DNA of 64,000 bases from Perkinsus chesapeaki ATCC PRA-425 (taxonomy: Eukaryota; Protista; Perkinsozoa): contig JAAPAO010000067.1 of NCBI GenBank assembly GCA_013115145.1, forward strand, positions 1-64,000. The letters run 5' to 3'. Below the pieces are notes generated by a model. That model saw only the letters and a program-made list of their open reading frames with translations. It was not told where the DNA came from and did not search any database. The position numbers were made by a program, and so were the translations under genes. Below, piece after piece: positions 1 to 10,422 of this stretch; within the stretch, counting starts at the first letter, position 1; every line of letters starts with the position of its first letter.

Positions 1-328
1 TACAAGCACGAATCTCGCTCACCCATAATTGTATGCATGAAACGGTCGCAGCTAAGCGGCTGGATAGGAGATCCGATAGAAGAATATATTGTTTGTACTT
101 AATCCAATTATGCCCAATCCAGTTGACAACTGGCAGTTGTTGAGTCAACCAGTGCGAGTGCATCTGCTTATAGTGAGACACTGCCGCGCGTGTCAGCGTA
201 TCGAGTGAGAGCAGCAGTGTCGAGAAAGATCATTTCCCCAAGGAAAATGCAGCGACACGGTGCCACGCCTGCTACGACTCCCCAAGGACGACTTCGCCCT
301 GCTGTTCGCGCACATGTGAACACGCGTT

Positions 329-447
329 GAGCCTCCAAGTTGGAGCCTCCAAGTTGGAGCCTCCAAGTTGGAGCCTCCAAGTTGGAGCATCCAAGTTGGA
401 GCATCCGAGTTTGAGCATCCGAGTTTGAGCCTCCAACATGGAGCCTT
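329..447. repeat. 14-bp minisatellite (GAGCCTCCAAGTTG), ~8.5 copies, degenerating 3'
   Basis: Units start at 329, 343, 357, 371, 385, 399, 413, 427 and 441. The array contains the internal palindrome CTCCAA-G-TTGGAG. The repetitive ORFs 168..404 and 193..459 are by-products. Confidence 0.95.
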
Positions 448-1742
448 CACGACGTTCACGAGTTGTTCATCGAGGCATCTTATTTTACGCTATATGTAGT
501 GTATGTATTTTCTGTTTATTTTGCTTGACACAACTTGCTTGTGTCTGCGTACACTTAAGGGGTCACGCGCGCATGTGTCGCCCTGCTTTAGTTCGAAGGA
601 TTGCTTGGATCTAAGGGTGTCGCAAGCACCGCTCCTCTATCGGGCAAAGATGGGATTTATAACAGAAAAGAAAAGGAAAAAACAACACCCACCCTCCCGG
701 GGAACACGCAGAGTGAGGCCTAGGGCCTAGGCACGACCAGCGCTCTCCCCAATGTCTTTAGTCAGGTTGTGCTTGAACCTTGGTAAACGTGTATGTTCAA
801 AACAAGATTGAAACCACTCTACATATCTTCTACAGATGCATGGACGTTGGAGGGGAGCATGCAACTCTTTCTCACGTTTTATCTATCGCTTGTTGGCGAG
901 TGGGAGCGTCGGCAGGACTCCGTAACGGAGTCTCCCTTAAGTAACAAACAGTACAGTGACATTATTCACTAATATATGCTCCCATACCCTGCCGACAATG
1001 GCATTGAGGTCGCTCGTAGGCTACGAGTCGTAGCAGCTGACCCTCTCCTCAACATGACCTCGACAGCAGTGGCATCGGTATATAAAACAAGTCGTCGGTT
1101 CGCCTGAGCACAGAAGGTGGCTAACATATGACAACAGCATACAAGTCACATGCAATTATCCGATTCTCACGAGGCCTCAGCAAGCATCGGTAGGTACCGA
1201 TAACCAGGAACCAGGTAACCTGGTAACCAAGTTGGATGTTCCAACGTCGGACGTTGAACGTCTGAGGGTTACTAATACTGTGATCGGTGTTAAGATGCCA
1301 CTGATATGTTATCCGTGGCCTAAACCTGGAGTGCTCATCACAAGAGAACAGTTCAGTGATCATATACCTTTTTCGAATCATTCGACGCAATAGGACTCCT
1401 AGTAGGAGTCTCAGATTGCGTTCTCTAGGGAAGGCTGCTTGTGTGAGACTGTGCTACGCATCGAGCCTCGGCGGTCGAGGGAAAAATACATAAACGGTCT
1501 GGATAACTGATTATCGAAGTTATTTCGCGCCGTGGAATCCACGGGGCGTTCTTAGTATTCCCTTTCGTGGACCACGAATCGTGGTGCTGTACACGTCTTT
1601 AGTACTTGTTTCGTTGAAGAAGACTGCTTGGTGTTTCTAACCCTGCGCAGCATTTGATCCCACCCCAGCCCCACTTACGGCCAGCCGTGATCTAGTCAGC
1701 ACATTCTAATTGTATCAGTTGTGTAGTTTTTCGTTGCAAATT

Positions 1743-2492
1743 ATGACGAGCTTTGTGGATCGATTATTCCTCTCTGCAGAGGAGCACGCTATCGCTCTTG
1801 AGATCTCTACTGTGACTAACCCTCCTTCGACGCCGATACCTCGCAATGTTGTCATCCAAGTGGGCGAGCGCCTTCGAGGCATCACCGTTACCGAACTGCA
1901 GTGGTACGCTGTGAAGTTGCTGACGGAGCCCTTCCTGACCGTTGTAGAGAGCTGGCGAGGCATTGTCGGCGTTTGCTCTGTTTTGATCTACCTTGCCGAT
2001 AAAGCGCATCGTTTAAGTTGGTTGGATACGATAGTGATGCTTTGCAAGGAAATAAGTGAAGGTTTTGAACATGAGGATGCTCGCGTTACTTCTCTGGTGA
2101 GGATGGAGGCCTCGAGAGTTGTGAGCAAGTATGAACGTGGTATGACTAATAACACAGTGGAAAATGAAGTTGGAGGAAAACTATCGCATAGCATCACCAC
2201 CATTCCCACCTGGGATGAGCTTGGTGCTGACGAGGAGCTTGCCGATACTAGGGTGCCATTGTGACTTGTCAAGGTGATATGATACCACTCTTTTCGTCAG
2301 ATTGAATTGGATATACCCTCGAGCCCAGCGTCCACGGCTTTCCAGTCTCCCAGGGATGGGTCCCCGCTTGTCTCGTCAAAACCAGCGCCATTACGAGTCC
2401 GTCAGCGGCCTGGTTTGCTTTGGCAGTGGTGTTGCTGTCTCGCTATGTGTTTGCGATGTTGCCCGACCAGGTGTCTGCGTTTGCTAGGGTAG
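1743..2492 (+). CDS. Hypothetical protein, probably 2 exons, with a Cys-rich C-terminus
   Basis: Open frame from ATG 1743. A plausible phase-0 intron (GTGCCA ~2253 to TCGTCAG ~2300) joins it in frame to IELDIPSS...WCCCLAMCLRCCPTRCLRLLG*. No recognisable domain. Confidence 0.5.
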
Positions 2493-2779
2493 GGGCTGGT
2501 ATTCGTTCATCGTCAATTATCTGCATCAGGTGGCAAGGCGGTGACTGGAGAGAGCTGGCAAGCTCTGACGGCATGGATTGAGGTTGACAAAGCCGCAAGT
2601 TGCTTTTTAGGATTTTGTAAATTTGCGTGTTGCCGTGGGTTCACTTCTCTGTTATTCACCGGGATTGAGTTGCGAAACTCGAAATGGTATTGGAACACGA
2701 CATGGAGTAACAGGGAGAAAATGAGGTTGAATGAGAAAACGATAGATGTGGATATGATACGAACCACTTCCAAGCAGCG

Positions 2780-4050
2780 TTATAGCTCTAAAAAAATATC
2801 TTGGAGCTTCTCCTTCCAAACCTTCCCTTTCGCCCCTAGTGCGTTCGCCATGGCGTGGGCGGGACTGGTAGATGGGACCCTTGTTATGTCGGGTATGCGT
2901 ATTGATGGATCCAAAGCCTGAAAGAGATAAATCAGTGATAACAACGATGCGTAATCGACATCCGCCTTTCCACCGTAATGCCTTGGGGTTCATGCGAGAC
3001 TGGATTTCGCGAGCATCAAGGATCTATCAAGGATACCTACTCGTATCTTTTCCGTTAGCTTATACTTGCGGAGATTGTTAAAAGACGCCGATCCGTTACA
3101 GAGTATTCGTTGTATAGTTGGATGGGAGACTACCAGCTTGGCAATGTTACTGTACTCTAAAGTAAGACAGATCATTTGACACATTAACACTGACATTCGG
3201 TGCTTGAAACAGAGAATCTCTTGAATCTCTGTAAAACTGTATCACTTGAGAGGACCTCTGACAGAGATACAGTGACTTGTTTTTACCGAATTTCTTGACA
3301 CTACACTACTACTGCATGTTGCAAGTGTCGGTAAAGGTAGGGCATAGAACGGGCCAAAGAGCTCTTTCTGTCCTGAGAGGTCTTACCTTCGCATTGCAAA
3401 GTAGAATCGGCACTTTTATGACGCGTAAACTCATCGCAGACGTCCCATACTGCAATGCCTCTGTTCTTCAACACTTCACACCGGGAAATGTAATCGAGTG
3501 TTGAGAAGTCAGCGTCGTCCATGGCGAAGCCTAAGACGCCCCAGAAATGGTTGTGTGGGTTGGCGTAGTACTCCCCTCTAGCCAGGGAGATCTGGCTGGG
3601 CGCGGAGCCAAGAATCAGGACGCGAGGGTTCTCACCGAGAATTGGAGGAAGACCTGAGCAAGCCCGAAGCACCGCAAGAGTTCCAAAGAAGAGACCAATC
3701 AAACCCTGAACAAGCTGGTATAGCTGCTGAGAAGCAATAGTATAGAAGTAGCCGTTCAATATCAACCGAGAATCTCTGTGAAGCTACCTTGTCTTCTTTC
3801 AAAATGAAGTCCTTTTATTATACCATTACGTACAGAAGTGGGACGCTTACTTCGACCGCTGCTGCTGTTCGGTGACACCTTCAGTGCTGACCTGGAAGGA
3901 GCTGGGGTAGAGGGTGTGCCTGTCAGGTAACATACAGCCGCAATTTCGCGTACAAGCGTCACCCGATTCTCCGCCAACCCCTTTAAAAACGTAGCCTTCT
4001 AGACTCGCTAATAGCTGCTCTTCTGTACTTTTCCCCATTGCCGAATTCAT
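2780..4050 (-). CDS. UDG-superfamily DNA glycosylase, family 6 / hypoxanthine-DNA glycosylase-like, paralog 1 (spliced)
   Basis: Exons give LPPILGENPRVLILGSAPSQISLARGEYYANPHNHFW...IAVWDV...KSADS, then SNIAKLVVSHPTIQRILCNG, then VPSTSPAHAMA...WKEKLQDIFLEL* (TAA 2780-2782). These are the family-6 motifs GSxP..SL...YY..PxNxFW and PSTSPA. The N-terminal extension is basic. Confidence 0.85.
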
Positions 4051-4232
4051 GTTACAATGTGCGTTGTGTTAATCGATACTGTTAACGAAAATCTCTACGC
4101 GATTCCGTTCTCTGGGTCAGCTTTTCAGTGCATTTCTCCCCAAACTTGAACGCAGTCCACAATGTCTTTCAGAAGCAGCCGTTTGGGTTATTGAATAATA
4201 GTAAGCATTTTAAACAGTGTACGTTTGAAAGG

Positions 4233-5691
4233 TTAGTCGCTTTGTAAAGCCTCTCGGAGCTTCTCTCTCCACACCTGACCCTTCGTTTCGACTGGGTTAG
4301 CCATAGCGTTGGCCGGACTGGTAGAGGGCAACTTGAAGATCAATGGTGAGTCTTTGGCTGTGATACCGTAAGCCTGAAGGAAATACGGTAGGATATACTT
4401 GTTAATAATTATGACTATTCTTGAATACATAGATGGCCGGAATGTAACGGGAAAGTCATACTTCTATCGCTTTTCATAGACAACTGTAGAGCAACCCATG
4501 TTGTGACGAGACTGGTAAATATTGTGAAGAATGCAACCAAGTGCTCTTTAGCATACACTTGCCCAGCCTAGAATTTTTCGTGCTGAGCATCGTGAGGGGC
4601 GAAGGAACAAATAATGAATGAGGGAAGATTCGTTACAATATCAACGATGCCCTGGTGACACCAGGTCAAAGTGTGACGCACACCAGGCTGGTGTGCGTCA
4701 CACTTTGACATTTGTAAGGATCTAATTGAATCTAGTCCTCACTTCAAGTCGCCCAGGGAGGTCGTACTTCACCATGTTATCGTAGGAGGCAGTGCCGTTA
4801 CATAGAATGAAGTGAATCGTAGGGTGCTGCAAGATGAGACCGGCAATGTTGGCGAACTCTGAAAGACAAGGTAAGTAGTTTCATTCACACCAAGGAAATC
4901 CTTGAACTAACACGACCAACAGTAAGTTCAACCTCCCAAAGTTAGCTGTTTCCGAAGATGTTTGCGAACTACTGTATCGCAAAGTAGGCTCCTAAATCCA
5001 TTTACCAACTATTGGTAAATGACAGAGCTTCATAGCCAGTACCCCATATGAAGCTCTTCATATAGAGCAGAAGCGTCACTAATGTCGGCTTCACTCTACT
5101 AGAACTATAAGTAATTGTGTTTAAAGGGATCACCTTCGCAATGTAAAGTGGCATCAGAGCTCTTATAACGACTGAACACCTCACAGATGTTCCACAGTGC
5201 AATGCCTCGTGACCGCAACACCGAGCATCGTGTTTCATAGTCCAGCATGGCGAACTGAGGGTCGTCCATTGCGTAGGCCATCACCGCCCAGAAATGATTC
5301 CGGGGGTTGCCGTAAAACTGTCCTTTCTCTAGGGACATCTCGCAAGGTGCCGATCCCAGTATCAAAACTCGCGGGCTTTCGCCAATGCTCGGGGAAAATC
5401 CTAATCGGCAATCCCCATCACGGAAGGAATGTATCGTCACCTCTATGCCGCTGCAATGGCTCCTTCCGAGGAGTTGTTTTTCTCTTCGGGCTGACACGTG
5501 GCCGTTTCGCTGGACTGCTGGAATCTCCCGTCACCTTTTTCAGGCTCCTTCGCACAGGCGTCCTCGAGGTGCTATCTAAAGACACTAGTTGCTTCCCCTT
5601 TATCATAATCACCTTGCAGGTCGTCATCGAACGCGAAGGTTGTTAGGGTAGAGAGAACGCTCTCTGTGCTCTTTAGTGGCTCATCCGCCAT
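4233..5691 (-). CDS. UDG-superfamily DNA glycosylase, family 6-like, paralog 2 (spliced)
   Basis: Starts MADEPLKSTESVLSTL (ATG 5691), then FSPSIGESPRVLILGSAPCEMSLEKGQFYGNPRNHFW, ANIAGLILQHPTIHFILCNG and LPSTSPANAMANPVETKGQVWREKL. The exon layout of the catalytic domain matches paralog 1. Confidence 0.85.
4651..4709. repeat. Two abutting perfect palindromes (7+1+7 and 22+1+22 bp) in an intron
   Basis: CCTGGTG-A-CACCAGG (4651-4665) shares its last base with GTCAAAGTGTGACGCACACCAG-G-CTGGTGTGCGTCACACTTTGAC (4665-4709). Confidence 0.95.
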
Positions 5692-5823
5692 TTAACAATC
5701 CTCTAAGATGTTCCTCCCAACTGGCTGGTAACACAACAGGCGGAATTCTGATGATACTGGTACGTTGTCATCAAACTAGTAGTAGTAATGACGATGGGAT
5801 GGCATTATTCTGACACCTCTAGC

Positions 5824-6418
5824 TTAGAACTCAGGCTTGGGCTGCTGGGTCAAGAGGACGCCGAAACGCTTCTTGATCGTTACACGCTCAGCAGAGTACC
5901 TTAAACGATAATATCATCAAATCCACACTGGCTAGACTGATGCCGATTTCGGGGCTACAGACTCTACTAGGAGATCGTATTGGGATGCTTACTTGTCATC
6001 AGGACTGAATCTGGCAGGGTGAGCGCTGAAGGTGGGCTGCTCGGCATCGGAGCCTACACCAGGAACAAGCAATAGAGATTAGGAGTTAGAAACGACGAAC
6101 CCTAAATCACCTCCCAGAGATGATGTTCATGCATGTAGATTGAGTTGATAAATATCCGGATGTTTGTAAACAGTGACTATCCGAACAAAACTATGCGAAA
6201 CGTGAGGGAAGTAATATAGGAGCTTACGAAACAGCAATATACAAACATAAATACAGGAGCACGAAAGTAGGCCTTAGAGCTCTGGAAACAAGCGTAAAAA
6301 CGAACAGTTCTAGTACGGCCTTTCGCTGAAGGAGCCACTTACCGTCATTGGCAGGTACAGACTGCTTTAAGGTGTAAACGCGTTTACCTTCATTATCGAG
6401 ATAGAAACGAAGCAGCAT
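5824..6418 (-). CDS. NOP10: H/ACA ribonucleoprotein complex subunit 3 (3 exons)
   Basis: The spliced product [70 protein letters not shown] matches the Nop10 consensus (YTLK...[21 protein letters not shown]). Confidence 0.95.
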
Positions 6419-6547
6419 GGCGATGAAAGAGTAAACTAGGGTACTACTACTGAACAGAGTAATACAAGGGGAAGAAGAATGCAACAAGAGAGAAAGGCAT
6501 GGGAAACACAGTAATAATTCAAAGTGTTGTTGGTCGAGTTGATCTGT

Positions 6548-8369
6548 CTACAGAAGCACCGGCCTCAAGCTGGCCGCTATGAAATCCACCATAAAACTCA
6601 CAGGATACCTAACGCCCGAATCAGGGCTGAGCTTCGCCGGCCTTCTAGGTCGGAACAATGAGCCCGTTGAGAAACCACCACAGTGACCACCAGTTTCGGT
6701 AACTGCTGTCACCACGTGCTCTCTACCCTTGGCGGAGAGCTGTAGGAGATCTACGTCAGAATCGAACTCCATTGTGGGGTCATCACGGGAGAAGTACAGA
6801 CAAGTTGGGATGCTCAGGGCGGAGATGCTATCATATGGCCTGAAGGCTCCAACTGAGGGGCCAGTGAGGGGCAAAAGGGCGGTCTCGAACTCCAGGAGAG
6901 TCTCCGCTTTCATGGCAGCTTCGGCCTGCTCCAAGTCAGAGTCGCCAGCGGCGCAACATTGCCGCAGCAGACCTTTACACCGGACAAGGAAGTCCTTCTT
7001 TGCGCTACTGGAGTCGGCTGCCCATTTCTCGGGCCTTAGGGGTATATGGCCGAATGCACAGGCACCGATACCCGAGTAGGACGAGGTATGGTCGGCATCG
7101 GTCCCATCAGTGGGGCTGGCTAGAGGGTCACCAGAGGTCTTTGAGGTAGAGGAGGCCAGACAGTCCAGAGCATGCAGGCCACCTGCTGAGAAGGCAATAA
7201 GGCCCTTAGGTAGGGATACAGGGCCCGATGGCTGCTGGCCTGGTCGAGGTGAGGCTGCTGGGGAAGACCGAGGCGCATCTGAGGTCGAAGCTTGCATCTG
7301 AAAGGTCGCCAAGATATTTAGAACCTTCGTGAGACGCTACCTGTTGTTCCTGTAACTGAGACCAGTTACGTAACCGCCTATCGATAGCATCAACTGCCTC
7401 AGCAACCTCCTTACGAAAGGACGGCCTCAACACACTCGCACAGGGCGTCAAGCTACCCCCTCCTCCTTTCGAAGGCAAAGGGGCCACTGTACCACCGGCA
7501 CCGGGTAGATTGATAACGACACAGGCGAAACCGAGAGACTGAGGAAAATACGGCACGAAGGGAAAGGCTGCTCACCTTGGCGTATTGGATCGTCTCTATA
7601 ATGCAGCCGTTCACAAGTGAGCCGCCTATGCCATGATTTAGGATAATTAATAGAGCAAAGCAGTCCTGTGGTCGGAGGCCGGTGCCGGGGGGAGTGCCTT
7701 TGTCCCCTATGGGAAGCCAGTCCAAGGAAACAGTACGGCCAGTGGAGACCTGATGAAGGTGATGGGAGGGAGAGAGGAAGGCTACGGGGTACCTGGACGA
7801 ACTCTCGGGAGTATTGACAGGCTCCGGGAATAGGTGGGGCTGGTGGGGTGTGCTCATCGTAGTTACCGAGAGGCCAGATGCCTGCTAGGGTTTGGAGATT
7901 GCCGCTACCAAGGCACCATAAAGCTGGCGAGAAGGAGGTTGTTGCCGCTGGGCACAGCTCCTGAAGTTAACCTATTATGTATCTTGCAAGGGTCGAGCTA
8001 AGATACTACCAGAATTCTAGTGGACTTAGTGCCTGAGAAATAGACGTAAGGTCGTTGATGAAGGAGCATAAAGTAGTGCAGCCCCCAGATGACCAAGGCC
8101 ACCCCGAGGAGCATCCATCTTGGGCCGAGGACGCCGTAGAGGTACTCTAGGGTGGTCTCCACTTCAAGGAATATACCACTTACCATAGGGAAAGTACCAT
8201 CTAATACCAAAGATTCAAAATAGGTTAATTTGATGACCATTTGATCGATTTCATTTTTGTACAAAATAAACTTCGGTCCCCCTGACGGCAGGCCTTCCCA
8301 AGCCCCCTCCGTGCCAATAAACCCCCACCCTTCCCTCCGTATCATCTGAAGCTGCTTAGAAGTCACCAT
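6548..8369 (-). CDS. Alpha/beta hydrolase, ABHD1/2/3 (YheT)-like, with N-terminal membrane anchor (spliced; start codon uncertain)
   Basis: TM segment WMLLGVALVIWGLHYF, then FSPALWCLGSGNLQT, VSLDWL, NHGIGG, GFACVVINLPG, nucleophile elbow AFSAGG, acid DDP and His in TGGHCGGF. Confidence 0.8.
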
Positions 8370-8426
8370 TAAGCCAGTAAAATTTTATATATGTCACCTA
8401 ACTTCTCGAGGGGCCTTGCTAACAAG

Positions 8427-8472
8427 GCGGAGCGAAGTGATTCACGATCTACACTTTGTTAGCGGAGCGAAG
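8427..8472. promoter_or_regulatory. Two copies of GCGGAGCGAAG in a ~150 bp divergent strand-switch interval (candidate cis-element)
   Basis: Exact copies at 8427-8437 and 8462-8472 between head-to-head genes. The same 11-mer recurs elsewhere in the window. Function is inferred only. Confidence 0.3.
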
Positions 8473-8525
8473 CGTTTCATATTTGTCATTTTTGCTATAA
8501 AGCATCTTTTTTGTTCTGGTCGCAG

Positions 8526-10347
8526 ATGGCCGTAGCAAGGCTTGCTGAACGGCATGGTGGGCGCCCTGGTAAAATGATAGGTCTGGTTCACTACGGCCTT
8601 AATAAGCTGCCCAAGGAGCCCACCTCACAACAGGACGCAATCGAGGTCCTCGGCGAGTTTAGGGTCATGGTGTCGGGGAAGGGATGGGACTGGTAGGGGC
8701 TCGAGGAGGAGGAGGGCGTGGGGTAGTAGGGTAGCTTAGGTATAGGGAAGCTGAGCTGACGCCGAGGAATATAACTACTATGCTTTGGTGTGCACAGAAG
8801 ATAGAGGATAGAGAGCTGGGCCGATGGTGGGAGAGGGAGATACCCGAAGTGGTTGCAAAGGGTATCTTGGACCTGGTATGTGCAGAGGATCACCAATCAA
8901 CCTCTGGAGAATCTTTTGATATCTTTCAGTCGACCTTTAACGTCTTCGACCTGGTCAACCTATCCTATACATTAGTATCTTGTGATTCGGTGCCCACATC
9001 GACCATCGCCATCCAGCGGGCTCTCGAGACCTTGCGTGCCTTAGACCAGTCCCATCTCCGTGAGGAACTTCTCAAGTGAGGAGTCCTAAGCTTGAAGCGT
9101 GCATCAACAACGGCTTTAGGATACCTCCACACAACCTAGGTCTGCTACTGTGGGCCACTGCCCGGCGGGAGCTCTGGAGCGGCCCTGCTCTTCAATTTGA
9201 ACGGTTTGTGGCCGAGGTAGGTCGGCACTCGATAGCCTTTGAGGCATGATATTTTACTTAGTTAATAGTGGATGAAGTTGTCGAGCATTTCTCGTCACAA
9301 AATATATCCAATACGCTTTGGTCTCTCGCACGGATACCTGTAGAAGGTGCTCAGCTGAAGTATGATGTCACCTGGAGGGATACAGTTGTGGAGAAGCTTT
9401 GTGAGAGGGCACTGTCGAGTAGGTCGGGAAGGTGGCGGCTGTTCTAAGAGCGCGCCGGACAAGCTAGGCGGGCGCGGGTGGTTTTCGAGCGGAAATGATC
9501 GCCAAGTTGGTTCAGTCTGGTGTTATTATCTTTCCATTGATATGGTATTGTTATCAGTCATCGATACAGCCTCCTCCCAGCACACTTCTACTATGCTGTG
9601 GTCTCTGGCGAACCTATTGCCATCTAAGGGCCCTATGGCAAGGCAGCTCGCCGAGGCATTGAGCTCTCGAGCGCATATTGCTCTGTATAAGGGAATTGAC
9701 GTTGGTCTGGCCAATGGTCTTTGGGGTTGCTCGGTGAGCTGCTGGTGCTGTTGCTGCGGGGATCTTTATAGTGCGGTCCTCTGAGGTCCTACTAGGTGCT
9801 TGCCGGTAATGGTGTGGTGTCTTTGGCTGCCTGTCATCAAGCTTGGAGCGATACCAATCGATTGGTCGCCAAGATCGCTGGTTTTAGTTCCTCCTGTACA
9901 GGGACCTTAGCCCGAGCGTTGAATGCGATAGGGTGTACGTAGGCGTGCTTGATGAGCCTCCTCCTCAAGGTGTCTATTTAGTGTGCCCTCCGCCGGCCAA
10001 CACAGTGCTATGGTCGGCAACGCTCGACCGAGCGAAGGCCCTGGCTGACGAGGGAAAGGTAAAGGAGGCGGCTGATATGATTAAAGTCGTGTAAGATTCT
10101 TAATAGGTTGATTCGCTGCCATCTGCTCTCCAGGTATTTCGCATCACATTCATCTCCAGTTGACGCCTCGGATGTCCTCGAGAGCTTCGCCATCGACTGG
10201 GTCGCCGAGGCTCCGCGGGAAGTTCAACGCTTCACAAACCAGAACCTCATCCGCCTTGCTGTGGGCATGGCCGGAGTGCAGGCTGACGAGATTGCTTCGC
10301 TCCGCCTTCCACCTCGGAAAATGCATGTTTCAGACAATCGTTTCTAA
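8526..10347 (+). CDS. Helical-repeat protein, HPR/OPR/FASTK-like, putative organellar RNA-binding (multi-exon, ends approximate)
   Basis: Several exons carry degenerate motifs like the OPR/HPR consensus xxQxLxNLxWALAxL: FNVFDLVNLSYTL, SQHTSTMLWSLANL, DVGLANGLWG, FTNQNLIRLAVG. Confidence 0.45.
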
Positions 10348-10422
10348 CTGGTCCTTTCTGGAGTTGCCAAATGTCATACCGTATTTCCCTCTAATCAGCG
10401 CTTATACCCCCTTTTATCATCT

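Noticed and set aside
329-447. CRISPR-like array
   Set aside because: Contiguous 14-bp units with no unique spacers, no cas genes and a eukaryotic context. The same applies to 38636-38834.
6548-8369. Alpha/beta hydrolase as a second MenH
   Set aside because: The N-terminal TM, W..GNLQT, DDP and GGH motifs indicate ABHD1/3-YheT type.
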